In this document: piece by piece, positions 23,101 to 34,632 of the stretch
Position numbering within the stretch: position 1 is the first letter of the stretch
How the letters are laid out: the number at the start of each line of letters is the position of its first letter
Origin: Amphiscolops sp. MND2022
Lineage: Eukaryota
Length of the DNA: 64,000 bases
Assembly: GCA_964187785.1 (NCBI GenBank)
Contig: OZ076409.1
Location: 64,046,001-64,110,000 of the forward strand
Direction of reading: 5' to 3'
Translations under genes and position numbers: made by a program
The notes under the pieces: generated by a model
Told to the model about the DNA's origin: nothing
What the model saw: only the letters and a program-made list of their open reading frames with translations
Database searches by the model: none

Positions 23101-25957
23101 GTGGAAGGTTTTCAAAATAGGCTGTAGGTTCGAACAAACCAAAACAAAAAACACATTTGATTTTTTCAGGCTCAATTACGTTTTTCTATATCAGAACTGC
23201 GATATCAGGGTTGGCAAAAAAATGTGATAATTTTCGAAAATACCTTACTGCAATTTTCAAGAAAAAAACGTTATTTACGTCCCCTAGACTTGCCTTAAGT
23301 AAATCCCAGTGCCAAAAATATGTTTTCCTGCCAACGAAACTAAATCTAAAGCATCGCAATCTCAGCCATGTCTTTGGCTGACAAGTTCAAACCGTGTGAT
23401 TGACAATCAAATGTAACGGGACCCTCTGGTCAAGCAAAATCAACCGATTCTGGAACTTTGACATGTTCAGAAATTTTGTCAAAAATTCTAATTCGATGAG
23501 TGACGTGGCACTGAGCGTGTGATTGCTCTTTTCGCTGTTTTCGCCATTTTCAATGCAAAACAAGGACGGGAGCAGACCGTGCGAGACCGAGCGGGAACAC
23601 GGTGAACGAGATAGCCTGAGAGCTTAGCGAACTCTAAAATAGACTCTTTTTGAGGTGCTAACCCCGGTTTTCATCGATTTCAGCATTATGCTACCCTAAG
23701 TGGCAGAAACCGAAAAATTAGTCATTTTGCTTAGCTGTCCTTGTTTGGTGCTTGGAGCCCCTGCGCCCTGGCTGGTAGCTGTGTGGTTTGCCAGTCCGAT
23801 GTGTGCTTTGATGTATTTTTGCTGGATTTAGCCGTTTGAACTAGCTCGAGCTCTAGTTTGTGCAATTTTAGATCTTGTTCCCCATTTTAGATATTATTCC
23901 GATATCAGCCCGAAGATTGAAATTTACACTGTTTATCCTTGGCATTGTTTTTAAAGGCTGTCTAAACGGTGGTCCGAGGCGAAGGTCCGAGACGGATGCC
24001 CGTTATTCTCAGCAATTAAAGACTAGGACCAGGCCACAGAGCATCCTATAAGACGGTTCCCCACCCTGGGACTGGCTCCCTTGGAGGCAAAATGAGCTAG
24101 GGCCGTGGAGATCTAAATTCCGGATCATATTCACAGTTCTAGTTCCTCCACTTCTAAGTTTCGGTTAAGCGCCAGCGCTTGTCGTTACAAAATAAATTAC
24201 CAAAAATGTTTTAAAAAATAACGTTGTCAGTTAGATCGAAGATTAAATAACATGTTAAATAACCTCGTGTGCTATACTCATGGAGATTTGCTCTCATTTT
24301 TTCTCTCTGTCTCTCAAATGGGCAGCAGAGTAGTTCGTCAGTTAAGTCGAATAATTTTTCTTGTTTTCTATTTTCAATATTTTTTTCTGTTTGGAATACT
24401 TAAAGGAAAGCAATAAAATTCAATGACATTTTCAAAACTTCCAGATCGGAAATTCTCTGAAAATCAATTCGTCACTTCCTTTCTCGATTACAAGGTTTGA
24501 GAAAGCAACACGTGAAATTTTTCACTTCTCTTGAAAATCTTTGACTTCCGGCCTTGACTTGAACGCTTAATGTTACTTTGACTCACTTGTCTCATGAAAA
24601 ACGTACTTCATACGAACTCATTCCAAAGTTTTCACTTCGGGCTGATGGAAACTGGTCTGTTGAAAATTTTGGTCGTTTTTGGGATAAATTTTGACGCTAA
24701 TCAACCACTGTATTTATACGTAAACAACGTCAGAGCTAAGCTTGGTGCTCCTTCGAAATGAACAACCGATTATAAAAAATATCGTTTTCTTTTGAAGAAG
24801 TTAGAAAGATTGTTATTTCGCAATGAAGTTTTGTTAATTAAAATGCATTGACATTCGTAGTATCAACGTATAGAATATAGTTAATATAGTAAGTATAATG
24901 ATATTGAATGATTCAAATTCATATCTTAGGTTGGCGGTGGTTGAAATTATGTTTGCTCACATGTTATTAGGTAATCCTTACAACAACTTCATTGGAAAAA
25001 TGAAGATTACGTTGCTAGCAATTGACTGAAACGATTGCTCAAAATGTGAAGAAATTTTCTCATATGATGACTGATCAACGTAGTGTGTGTTGTAAATTAC
25101 AATTTGAAATATATTCGAATGTTCATTGAAGTTGTGTGGTCAACACGTTTACGTTATGAAACCCTTGGTTAACGAGATTCAGTTTGGGCGCTCAAACTTG
25201 CTTTGTTTGCCACTAAATCTAATCTTGCTACGCTAAAATCAATCCGAATAGTCTTGCCTATTGCATTTTGATTGCAATTCGTGTTTGCCTATACAACTTT
25301 ACTCAAATTTGCTACCAAACCACCCGATTGTGCTAGCAGTTTGACGATTTGTGCCCGTTTTACTATTCTTTATTCAAGATATGTCCCCTCAAAAGGTGAG
25401 TTGAATTTTAGAACTTCCATTACATTAAAAATGCTTCAACCTCAAGAACAAAATTTTTGCTCATTTCAATTTAAGAGTTGTATTCAAATATTTTAGCATA
25501 AATCATTTCATAAGCATAATTTAAACAGAGAAAGCTACGAATAAACAAGCTCAAAGCGATTTTGACACAAAAAATAAATATCTATCAATATCACACTATG
25601 AAGATTCCGAGATGACACTGATATCGAACCTACGAGATGAAGACATGATATTGTTTGGTGATGCTTAAGTAACGTGGACCCAATAATAATCTTTCAGTAG
25701 TGTGGACCAGCTCAACCATGTTAAAACACCTCCTCGGTTAAAACAACTCCTTAGGTAGTGTTCCCGAAAAAAGTTCCTCCTCACGAAGAGTGGACACGGA
25801 CACTCATTTTTTGTATGCACAGTCATCCTCGCTACCACTTGATCGCTTTTCGGTTCTCGCTGCTCTGATAAACCATTCTGAATTTACCGAACCTATTGGG
25901 CTACCTTGAGTTATTTGAAATAAACACGTTTCCAATGTTTTCTGGCTCTTTTCTGCT

Positions 25958-26331
25958 CCCCCCACCACCAATTTTTTTTGTAAATTAGTGAAAATCTAGT
26001 AACAAATAGACTTGAATACAAACCAGAAAGCTTCAGTTTTAACTTTATTCTCAGGGTGATCGTTTAGGATTCAAATACAAACTTTGTTCACTTTTTTCGT
26101 ATGCAGTCACGCTTTTTTTGATGAAAAAATCAACAGCTTCCTATTTTGAGTCATCAATAAACATTTACTACGAACATAATTATAGTCAAAATGTGTGAAC
26201 AATGTCTTGTCCAAGCGGAAAACTACTCTAATAGAAGTTAACTTCCTGTAATGAAAGAAGGTTTTACTTTTAATTAGGCTAGTCTAAAAATTTTAAGGAA
26301 AGTTATTTTCAAAAATTTTGGTGGTGGGGGG
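25958..26331. repeat. Possible MITE-like element with ~22-bp imperfect terminal inverted repeats
   Basis: ccccccaccaccaattttttttg (25958-25980) versus caaaaattttggtggtgggggg (26310-26331); no TSD found. Confidence 0.3.
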
Positions 26332-26893
26332 ACCGTAGCTGGACCTATCCTTGTTATTCAGATAATGATAGCATAGATAGCTTCTGATTTTTTTTCGCTG
26401 CTTCGTGAAACAAATGCCTCGAGGCAAAAAGGATTGTTTTTATAAAAAATTGGTAAAGTGCGACAGCTCTGGTAAAATTACTATTTTCTGGGAAGGATGA
26501 ATTGCCAGAGAAGGTTTTGGAATTTACATGGTTCTTGAAGGTTACATTGGTAGTCGGAATTTTCAAAGTCTCGTGAGCATTAAAATTTTTACAGGACTTC
26601 ACGTTTTGAGATTAATTTAGTCAAAACTCCACTGATAATTCCACTTAGATAATTTCAAACGAACAACGGTTAATTAGCGCATCAAATGCTTCGGAACTAA
26701 GCTGTTAAATCCTGTCCGTTTCGGTTCTTCCAAAAATTGAAATTTTATGTAGCCTCCAAAACAATTTGAAAGTTACCAATACATTAGCATACATCGTTTA
26801 TTTTTACATGTATACTGTACGAATAACTGGGCCATGACAATATATTTACCAGCAAAAGTAATGTCGCTAACGTGAATTTCAAAATAAAACGAG

Positions 26894-26928
26894 CATAACA
26901 GATCGAAAATGGGTGTATTGAGTTATTA
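26894..26928. repeat. 35-bp direct repeat, left copy flanking the BEL/Pao element
   Basis: cataacagatcgaaaatgggtgtattgagttatta, identical to 34892-34926. Confidence 0.95.
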
Positions 26929-26929
26929 A

Positions 26930-27175
26930 CGTTTCGCCTCGTTTGATATATTCGTATTGAAAAGAAATATTATTCTTCAAAGAGATTAATTTCGGAACGG
27001 CAGAATAAAAACAACGAGTTCTTTGGTCAAGAATTGCAGAAATCACAACTTGTTTGATAACATTAATGACGGTTGATTAACTGCTAGCAAATTTCGGCAA
27101 TGAAAACTAGAAAGTTTTTTGTTCACACGTTTCGACTTCCAAAAATCAAGCTATCATTGACTTGGAACTGAAACA
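26930..27175 (-). repeat. 3' LTR of the intact BEL/Pao element
   Basis: Matches 34646-34891; outer base is C instead of T (cgtttcg versus tgtttcg). Confidence 0.95.
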
Positions 27176-30100
27176 TCCTCCGCCCCGGAAATCGGTGTGT
27201 CGAGAACTGCTATTAATTTAATAACTGGACGAACGATCGTGCCGGTAGGAGTTTTGAGCTCAGCGGAGCGAGCTACACCGTCATCATATTGCAATTGTGT
27301 AACTCTTGCCATCGGATAATAGCCCCGAGGACTAGTGGGGTCCAGGATCCAGACTAGGTCTCCGGGTTTCAAACATTGGTGAGATTCTCGATGCCATTTT
27401 GAACGCTTGTTCAGTTGTGGAGCGTAATCGCGCAGCCAACGTTCCCAAATAGCGTTCGCGTAGGCTTGAGCTTTCAAGTAGCGTTTTCTGAAGTCTACAT
27501 TTGTGTTCAGTAAGGACGAAGGTAGTGTAACGCTGTTACGACCGAGCAAAAAATGGTTTGGAGTCAACGCTTCCATGTCGGTGATTTCGCTACTTACCGA
27601 AGTGAGCGGACGAGCATTTAGGGCCTGTTCTACGAGACACAGCGCAGTAGTCAAGACCTCTTCAGTTAATCGACGGTTATTCAAGATCACATATAAGACC
27701 TGTTTACAACTTCGGACAAGTCTTTCCCAACTGCCACCTTGATGTGGCGTGCCTGGTGGGTTAAACTTCCACCGTATCCCCTTTTCAGCGAGAGTTGAGC
27801 TGATGGAGTCGTGACTCCAGTTTTTGAAACATTGGGTTAACTCCTTTTCAGCTCCAACAAAATTAGTGCCATTGTCAGACCATAACGTTTTGGGCATGCC
27901 CCGGCGAGCTATGAAGCGTTCGATAGCCATGACGCAAGAGCTTGTATCCATGGATGCAACAACTTCTAAATGAATAGCTCTGGTAGTCAGGCAGGTGAAC
28001 AGGAAGCCCCATCGCTTTTCGGTTGTCCTGCGAATGTTGACAAAGAAGGGACCGAAGTAGTCTACGCCGGTGTAGCTGAAAGGGGGGCTATCAACTCCTA
28101 GTCGTTCGTTCGGAAGATCAGCCATGATAGGAGGCGAAGGTTTAACTCTGCGTTTTCGACAAACAACACAGGATAATTGAATACTACGTAGTGTAGTTCG
28201 CAATCGCAACACATGGAAACGCGACTGAACAATAGCTCGCAGGTAATCTATGCCCTGATGAAAATTTTCCCGATGTAAGAACTCGAGAAGTAGACGTACT
28301 AACGGGTGGCGGGAATCTAAAATTATTGGGTGCTTTGACTGGAAATTGTACTCCATGAGACGGCGAAGTCGACCTCGGGACCGTATTACCAAATTAGGAC
28401 CACAAAACGGAGTCAGGGTTGCAATTCGACTAGAAGCAGTACAGTTTTGTTTCAGTTTTAGCAATTTGTGTTCTGATGGGAAGGTTTCGACCTGTGACAG
28501 ATAGAACAGTTTCTCTTCGGCTCTGGCTAACTCGTCAGGATCGACAATTTGCTTCCCAGAGCGGAAGTGGTGATGTTTTGTAAGTAATCGCAGCACATAG
28601 GCCATGACGCGGCGTACTTTTGTGAAGGAACTGAATTTTGACCAGTCAATTAAACTTGTTTCACAAGTGGAAGTCATGCTTTCCACGTTCAGCGCATCTT
28701 TCGTTGTTGCCTCCTCCATAATTTTACTTGGAAGGAAACAACCAGCTGGAGGGGGACTGGGTTGGAAAGGCCATTGATCCGTTTTCAGGAAAGGAGGGCC
28801 GCAAATCCAGTGGCTTGAATTCAAATCATGAGCCGAGAGCCCACGGGTTCCTGAGTCAGCGGGATTGTTAGACGTAGGAACGTAGTTCCACTGATCGGAG
28901 GTAGTGTTATCTAAGATTTCACCTACACGGTTTGCAATGAACGCTGGTTGGCGTTGAGTTGATTGTAACCACTGTAAAACTGTAGTACTATCTGTCCAAA
29001 GGAAAATAGAAGAGATTTCAAAAGTTAGTGCTTTACAAATCAGTTCTTTCAGTCTGGCAGCCAATAAAGCCGCTTGAAGCTCAAGTTTTGGTATTGAAAG
29101 TGCTTTCATTGGGGCTACACGTGCTTTCCCAAACACGAACGACAATTCGGTTTCGTGGTTTCCACCGGGTTGGACTACTCTACAACGGAGAAATGCCACT
29201 GCGCTAAAGGCATCTTGAGACGCATCACCAAAAATATGAAGTTCTGGGATTTCAGTCATGTTTCTGAAGTAACTTCGTTTGATGGTTATTTTGGATAACT
29301 GGGGCAGTTCCAAGGACCATTCTTTGAAGGCACGTTGGAAATTAAGCGGAAGGGTGTTGTCCCAGTTTTGACCTTGGGAGCGCCAAATTTCCTTCAGCAG
29401 TATTCTTGCTTTGACTGTAAACGGAGCGACAAGACCAAGTGGGTCGAAAACAGACGAAACACCAGACAGCACTACGCGTTGTGTAACGTGGTTGTCATAC
29501 GCCTTGCACACTCCTCTACTGACAACGAGACTATCTGCGTTCTGATCCCATTTGAGACCAAGCACATGAGAGGAAGATGGTGCAGCGGTTTGCAATAGAA
29601 GTTGACTAGAATCGGTGGGGTCTTCTTCTCCTTTTTCATCATCATTTAGTTTCAAGCCGATAGTGGGCACGTTGCTGACAAACTTGGTTAGTTTGAACCC
29701 TCCTTTTTTGAGAACTCGGACTAAACTTTCACATCGTTCAAGAATCACATCTACAGATTCAGCAGAGTCCAGATAGTCGTCCATATAGAATTTTTCCTCA
29801 ATGGCATTTGCTACTTCAGGGAATTGTGCCTGATTATCACGGCCAGTCTGTTGAAGAGCAAAATTTGCACAAGTTGGGGAATCCTTTGCCCCAAAGATGT
29901 GACGAGTATATTGGAAGATTGACACCTCATCACGTGGATCCTCCCGCCACAAAAAACGAAGGGAGGGTTGATCTTCTGCTGGGACGCCAACTTGTAAAAA
30001 CATACCCTCAATGTCTGCTGAAACAGCAAATTGATGTTCTCGAAAACGTAACAGAACGTACACCAGATTTTGTAGAAGGTCTGGTCCAATGAGCAAGTTA

Positions 30101-33100
30101 TTGTTCAGTGACTGTCCCTGAAACTTAGCCGCTCCATTTAGTACCCTCCGGACTTTACCCGGTTTGTTGGGGTTCAATACTGGGTGGTGTGGTAGATACC
30201 ACTCTTTTGACGTTCGACTATTTTTTCTGTAAGCTGGAACTTGGACAATATAACCTTTTTCGAGATCAACTTTGATTGTTTCAGAGTAACGCTTTTGCAA
30301 ATCGCTATCCCTCTCGAAGCGTTTCTCGAGCGATTTCAGTTGTGCTAGGGACGAAAAATAATTGTCTGGTAGGGTCAAATTGTTTTCCGCCCAAAGCATG
30401 CCTACAGAATACCGCTCACCGTCGAAAAAAGTAGACGACTTTAACATTTCCAACGCGCGTTGGTCGGATTGTGAACGCAGGTCAACTTGTTTGTAAGCAG
30501 CGAATGAGTCCATTTCATACCAAGACCGTATTTGCTCGGACAAATCGAAGTCGCTGTTGTTTACTTTGAAACACAACGATAGCAGACAAGTAGATGATTT
30601 CATAGGGCCACTTAGTACCCAACCAATCGGAAGTCGGACGGCTACTGGAGTATTCGGTTGTTCACAATCGAAGTATTCGATTGGGCGGATTGCAGCAAAA
30701 GCATCTTGACCTAGGATAACGTGGACGTCGGAATACGTGTAGTTTTGCAATGAAAGAGGGGCAAGATGAGGATACTCCCGCTGTAACTGATTCACATCAA
30801 TAGTATCTGTTCCCACGTTGATGTCGTTCTTTACAAAGGGCGCAATTTCTAAGGCGAAATCATTTTCTTTATCGCATGACGCAATTCGAATTTTTACTTG
30901 TGTCGTGTCGATAATTTCTTGTGTGTTGATGCCACTGACGGTCAAACGTAGGGGTTTGCCGGTCAAACCCAGCTTTTTCGAAAGGTCAGCTGATATCCAG
31001 GAGTGACTACAGGCAGAATCACAGAGTGCTAATGTGTTTACACTTCGTTCTTGTGCGGATACGGAAAGTCGTGAAATTTGTAAAAGACCTTTGACGCCAG
31101 TTGCGGACGCTGAAAAGGATGCATTTTCTGTGACAGACTGTTTCAGGTGCGTTTTCGACTTCTGTGTTTCCTGCGTTGTTTCCCGAATCGGGAAAACTCT
31201 GTCCGCACCGTGTAACAGTGTATTGTGTGAGCTGTTGCATCCTTCTTTCGAACACTTCAGAGACCTGCTACAATTTCGAAAGGAATGGTCGGGCTGTAAG
31301 CACGAGAAACAAAGTTTACTTTCTGCCACTAGTTTTGCGCGTTCAGTGGGCGTTTTTTGCTTGAACTTTGTACAACGCCAAAGAAAATGCGTTTCGTTGC
31401 AAGCAACGCATTTTGGGAGACTGGTCGCATTTTTGCGCACTGGATTGGTCGAACTGGCTTGAAACGAACGCGAGAAGGTTTTTGATTTCACTACCTGACT
31501 CTTGGAGTCCAGTTTTGGTTGAGTTGAAGGATGAAGTGTGCGCATTCGGTAGTGAGCGTCACCTTTTTCTTGTAGCCAATCCTTGAAGTCGATCAGAGAA
31601 GGACGGACAAAACGCTTTCGAACTACATGTAGTGACCAACCTTCTTTCATGTTTGGTGGTAACTTTGAAACTACTTGATTCAAGAGCGTAGTACTTTTCA
31701 AGTCAGAGTCGTACTTAAGCGATCGGAACACACCCACCAAACTTGCAACAATTCCAGTGAAAGCAATGATTGCTTCAGAGTTGTGCATTTTGACCTGAGG
31801 ATAGTTATTTAGTCTCTCAAGGTGGGCAGCTACAATGCTGTGGGGTTGACCGAATTTTCGTTGCAGAGCTTCGAGTGCTTCCTTATACATAGTCCCGCAA
31901 TACGCTAGATGAGCTATCTCTGAAGCAGCCTCGCCTTTGACATATGTCTTCAAGTAATTCATCTTTGCATCGTCAGAGATTGCAGCGGAATCTACAGTGC
32001 TATTGAATTGACCAAACCATTCAGGCCATTTCAAAGGGTCGCCGTCGAACTCAGAAAGGTTCCATTCGGGCAGTGCATCTTTGCGACTCAAAGTGAACAA
32101 TTCTGCAAGGTCTTTGATAGTAACTGGCTCCTTACTGCCACCAGGTGGATCCTTAACAGTAATGCGACCAGTCGGTGGGTTCGACGTTGGTGATGGTTTC
32201 AAGTTAGCTAGCGTTGTATTTTTCAAAAAACGCTCATCGTCGGTTGGCACAGCTATTGGTGCATCGGCAACAGCGTTGGGTTGAGCCGATGGTTCGAAAA
32301 CACGTGATGGATTGAACGCAGTGGATGCGCATAGGAAATTTCGGTCAAAGCTAATACACGATGGCCCCTGAACAGAAACAGATGTTCGATGATGATCAGT
32401 AACTTGATCTAATGGGGAACAGAAAACATTTTGCGGGTCAAAAGTTGCGAAACCTGTCAAGCCACCGGTGGGTACGGCGTTTACCCATGACTCGGTGCGT
32501 TCCTCGTGTGCAGGGCTGGCATGTGCGGAGAAGACATCAGGGAGAATATTTTCTTCCTCTACAGCCAATTCATCATCCAGAAGTTCGACTTCATCAATTT
32601 TGGCCAAAACGAGACGTTGCCGGTTCTTTTCGGCAAGCTCTTCTAATTCCTGCTGTTTTCTTTTCGTCGCTAGGCGCATCTCTGCCTCGTTCTGCTTTTC
32701 AATTTCCTCACGCCTTAAACGAGCCACAAGCAGCTGTCGCTTTTTCTCACTTGAAGTCATGGACACCGAAGCAGACTTACGTGAAAAGTCTTTTTCCGAT
32801 GATTTTTGAGATTTCGCGATTTTTGATTGGACGGAGTGCGTTTTTTGAGATATCTTTTCTGCTTGCTCAACTTCAATTGCAGGTTTTCCATCATCGGTCA
32901 AAGCTTCAAGGTACCTACTGGTAACTTTCAGAACATCATCATGTTTTGAAGTGACAGTACTCAAATAGTTTTCCAACTCTGTTGCTAGTCTTTCCGGATG
33001 CTTGGAGTTTTTGGAGAGTTTGAGCAATGCGTCATTCCGCTCAAATAGTGATTGCATACGTTCAATACTTTTTTGAACTAGTTTATTTACACGTACACGA

Positions 33101-33333
33101 CGATCTTGACAACTGACTGATTCTTTTAGTGCGCCATGAACTTCAAGAAGTTCTGCTTCAGCTTTTTTGCGTAACTGGTAAAGAGCGGGGGCTTTTCGAG
33201 TGAAAGTGTCGTCTTCCATAGTCAAAGGGAAAAGTTGAAATTTTAATTCAGTCTCTGGTGAATCAATAAAATCTTTGAAGGGTTGCAAAAATCCTCGAAG
33301 AGGTGCTCCCAGGCCAGAACGATGCGGTTTCAA
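27154..33333 (-). CDS. BEL/Pao Gag-Pol polyprotein (coiled coil, DUF1759 gag, 3 Zn knuckles, protease, RT, RNase H, integrase)
   Basis: LPEWNLSEFDGDPLKW; CVAC..H....C, CFSC....H....C, CSKEGC...H...LH; ALCDSACSHSWI; YLPHHPV...KVRRVLNGAA; YMDDYL; IFGDASQDAFSAV; GVDYFGP, SDNGTNF, WERLVRS. The stop codon lies inside the 3' LTR. The true start may be the downstream MEDDTF. Confidence 0.97.
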   Translation of the reverse strand: MKPHRSGLGAPLRGFLQPFKDFIDSPETELKFQLFPLTMEDDTFTRKAPALYQLRKKAEAELLEVHGALKESVSCQDRRVRVNKLVQKSIERMQSLFERNDALLKLSKNSKHPERLATELENYLSTVTSKHDDVLKVTSRYLEALTDDGKPAIEVEQAEKISQKTHSVQSKIAKSQKSSEKDFSRKSASVSMTSSEKKRQLLVARLRREEIEKQNEAEMRLATKRKQQELEELAEKNRQRLVLAKIDEVELLDDELAVEEENILPDVFSAHASPAHEERTESWVNAVPTGGLTGFATFDPQNVFCSPLDQVTDHHRTSVSVQGPSCISFDRNFLCASTAFNPSRVFEPSAQPNAVADAPIAVPTDDERFLKNTTLANLKPSPTSNPPTGRITVKDPPGGSKEPVTIKDLAELFTLSRKDALPEWNLSEFDGDPLKWPEWFGQFNSTVDSAAISDDAKMNYLKTYVKGEAASEIAHLAYCGTMYKEALEALQRKFGQPHSIVAAHLERLNNYPQVKMHNSEAIIAFTGIVASLVGVFRSLKYDSDLKSTTLLNQVVSKLPPNMKEGWSLHVVRKRFVRPSLIDFKDWLQEKGDAHYRMRTLHPSTQPKLDSKSQVVKSKTFSRSFQASSTNPVRKNATSLPKCVACNETHFLWRCTKFKQKTPTERAKLVAESKLCFSCLQPDHSFRNCSRSLKCSKEGCNSSHNTLLHGADRVFPIRETTQETQKSKTHLKQSVTENASFSASATGVKGLLQISRLSVSAQERSVNTLALCDSACSHSWISADLSKKLGLTGKPLRLTVSGINTQEIIDTTQVKIRIASCDKENDFALEIAPFVKNDINVGTDTIDVNQLQREYPHLAPLSLQNYTYSDVHVILGQDAFAAIRPIEYFDCEQPNTPVAVRLPIGWVLSGPMKSSTCLLSLCFKVNNSDFDLSEQIRSWYEMDSFAAYKQVDLRSQSDQRALEMLKSSTFFDGERYSVGMLWAENNLTLPDNYFSSLAQLKSLEKRFERDSDLQKRYSETIKVDLEKGYIVQVPAYRKNSRTSKEWYLPHHPVLNPNKPGKVRRVLNGAAKFQGQSLNNNLLIGPDLLQNLVYVLLRFREHQFAVSADIEGMFLQVGVPAEDQPSLRFLWREDPRDEVSIFQYTRHIFGAKDSPTCANFALQQTGRDNQAQFPEVANAIEEKFYMDDYLDSAESVDVILERCESLVRVLKKGGFKLTKFVSNVPTIGLKLNDDEKGEEDPTDSSQLLLQTAAPSSSHVLGLKWDQNADSLVVSRGVCKAYDNHVTQRVVLSGVSSVFDPLGLVAPFTVKARILLKEIWRSQGQNWDNTLPLNFQRAFKEWSLELPQLSKITIKRSYFRNMTEIPELHIFGDASQDAFSAVAFLRCRVVQPGGNHETELSFVFGKARVAPMKALSIPKLELQAALLAARLKELICKALTFEISSIFLWTDSTTVLQWLQSTQRQPAFIANRVGEILDNTTSDQWNYVPTSNNPADSGTRGLSAHDLNSSHWICGPPFLKTDQWPFQPSPPPAGCFLPSKIMEEATTKDALNVESMTSTCETSLIDWSKFSSFTKVRRVMAYVLRLLTKHHHFRSGKQIVDPDELARAEEKLFYLSQVETFPSEHKLLKLKQNCTASSRIATLTPFCGPNLVIRSRGRLRRLMEYNFQSKHPIILDSRHPLVRLLLEFLHRENFHQGIDYLRAIVQSRFHVLRLRTTLRSIQLSCVVCRKRRVKPSPPIMADLPNERLGVDSPPFSYTGVDYFGPFFVNIRRTTEKRWGFLFTCLTTRAIHLEVVASMDTSSCVMAIERFIARRGMPKTLWSDNGTNFVGAEKELTQCFKNWSHDSISSTLAEKGIRWKFNPPGTPHQGGSWERLVRSCKQVLYVILNNRRLTEEVLTTALCLVEQALNARPLTSVSSEITDMEALTPNHFLLGRNSVTLPSSLLNTNVDFRKRYLKAQAYANAIWERWLRDYAPQLNKRSKWHRESHQCLKPGDLVWILDPTSPRGYYPMARVTQLQYDDGVARSAELKTPTGTIVRPVIKLIAVLDTPISGAEDVSVPSQ
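27176..27188 (-). promoter_or_regulatory. Polypurine tract (ccGGGGCGGAGGA)
   Basis: Purine-rich tract directly upstream of the 3' LTR on the minus strand; matches the PPT of the second BEL element. Confidence 0.8.
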
Positions 33334-33400
33334 AAAACGGAAACTAACGTGTCTGGGAGACGAGTGGCCGCTCTAGGTGGCAACTCAAATCATCCCACGA

Positions 33401-33598
33401 CCCAAGCTACTCGGGTCGAAGTCCTCGAGTTCGCCGATTAGAGCGGCAACTCGTGCCCAGAAACAAAAACTCGATGAAAACAAAAAAAGACCGAAACGAA
33501 CAGGAAGAAGGTGCTACTGCAAAATCAGAGATCTCAAATCAACCAACAACCCAAGCTACTCGGGTTGAAGTCCTCGAGTTCACTGATAGAGTAGCAAC
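33401..33598. repeat. Duplicated ~50-bp motif in the spacer between ORF0 and gag-pol (33401-33450 and 33550-33598)
   Basis: cccaagctactcgggt(c/t)gaagtcctcgagttc in both copies, followed by related gat(t)agag..gcaac. Confidence 0.85.
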
Positions 33599-33720
33599 CT
33601 GCGACCGCAACTGTTGATTATGTTTTAGGCAATAGAATGTTTGCTAGGGGCAGAGGACGCGAACACGGTAGCTTACGGACCGAACGGTGCGTTACGATTT
33701 AATACGAGAATTTTTTCGAT

Positions 33721-34395
33721 TCAGGCTCGGTTTCCTTTCAGCTTCTTTTCCAGCAGTTTCGATGCTTGGCGATTTTTTCTATTTTCAGCAATGGCCACTT
33801 TGTTCTTCAATGATTTGCGAGTTTTGTTGCTTGGTCGCTGAGGACGTGCAATCAATCGACGAAGATTATATGAATACCAGCGAACAAGTGATACAGTTTT
33901 CCACTCAACAGAAAAACCTGGATGTACCAATTGATACAAATTCAAGTCTAGTCCTCGCTTGCGTTGCTGTGTAGAATAAATGTCATCAATTATATGCAAG
34001 ACTAGCAGGCCAGTTTCAGCTATCAGGCGGCGGAAGACAGAAGGAGTTCCGTCACGTTGCACGTAGACTATTGCAACGATACGGTGGCGAATGAGAATGA
34101 TCTCGTTCAGTAACTGTTGGACAGTTAATGGGCGATTGCCGTTACTTTTGTGGGCACTAAGGGAGTTATTTATAACGTCGTGCCAAATGACAATGTCCTC
34201 GCGACGACTTACTGGGAGGTTGTTTATTTGATATTGAACTGTTGTCTCCGGTTTGCTGTTGTTTCCGTTGAACGATAAACTCGGAACGCCTAGTACGTCA
34301 AGACGGAGACGACGTCTAGTGTTAACGTCGAGATTCCTTAGCGTGCGGTCGATATTACTCGCGCCAAGAATAAAAACCATTACCTGGAGGGACAA
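33721..34395 (-). CDS. ORF0, 224 aa, putative SGNH/GDSL hydrolase-fold protein with a basic C-terminal tail
   Basis: Intact ORF between PBS and gag-pol. VFILGASN (block I-like), VLGVPSLS (block II-like), IVIWHDVINNS (block III-like), YQLVHP (block V-like). Confidence 0.65.
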   Translation of the reverse strand: MSLQVMVFILGASNIDRTLRNLDVNTRRRLRLDVLGVPSLSFNGNNSKPETTVQYQINNLPVSRREDIVIWHDVINNSLSAHKSNGNRPLTVQQLLNEIILIRHRIVAIVYVQRDGTPSVFRRLIAETGLLVLHIIDDIYSTQQRKRGLDLNLYQLVHPGFSVEWKTVSLVRWYSYNLRRLIARPQRPSNKTRKSLKNKVAIAENRKNRQASKLLEKKLKGNRA

Positions 34396-34632
34396 TTTTT
34401 TTTTGAAGGGGTTCTTTGCCGAAATTTGGTATTATTTGTTTTTCAAGCAGGCGCACTGCACGAGTGACAACATCAAATTAATTCAAAAAAACAGTGAGAA
34501 TTACAAAAAGTTTAAAGGTCCAAATGTTTAAAAGTTTTTCTTTTTCTTGAGTTTCGAAAAGTTTTTTCTATTTTCTAAATCTCTGTTGCGAAGTTGTTCG
34601 TCTCGGGTTCATGGGGTGGGCTGTTGCACAAT

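Noticed and set aside
23150-26850. Host protein-coding gene in the inter-element regions (also 60200-64000)
   Set aside because: Only short ORFs with biased composition; no coherent exon chain or domain.
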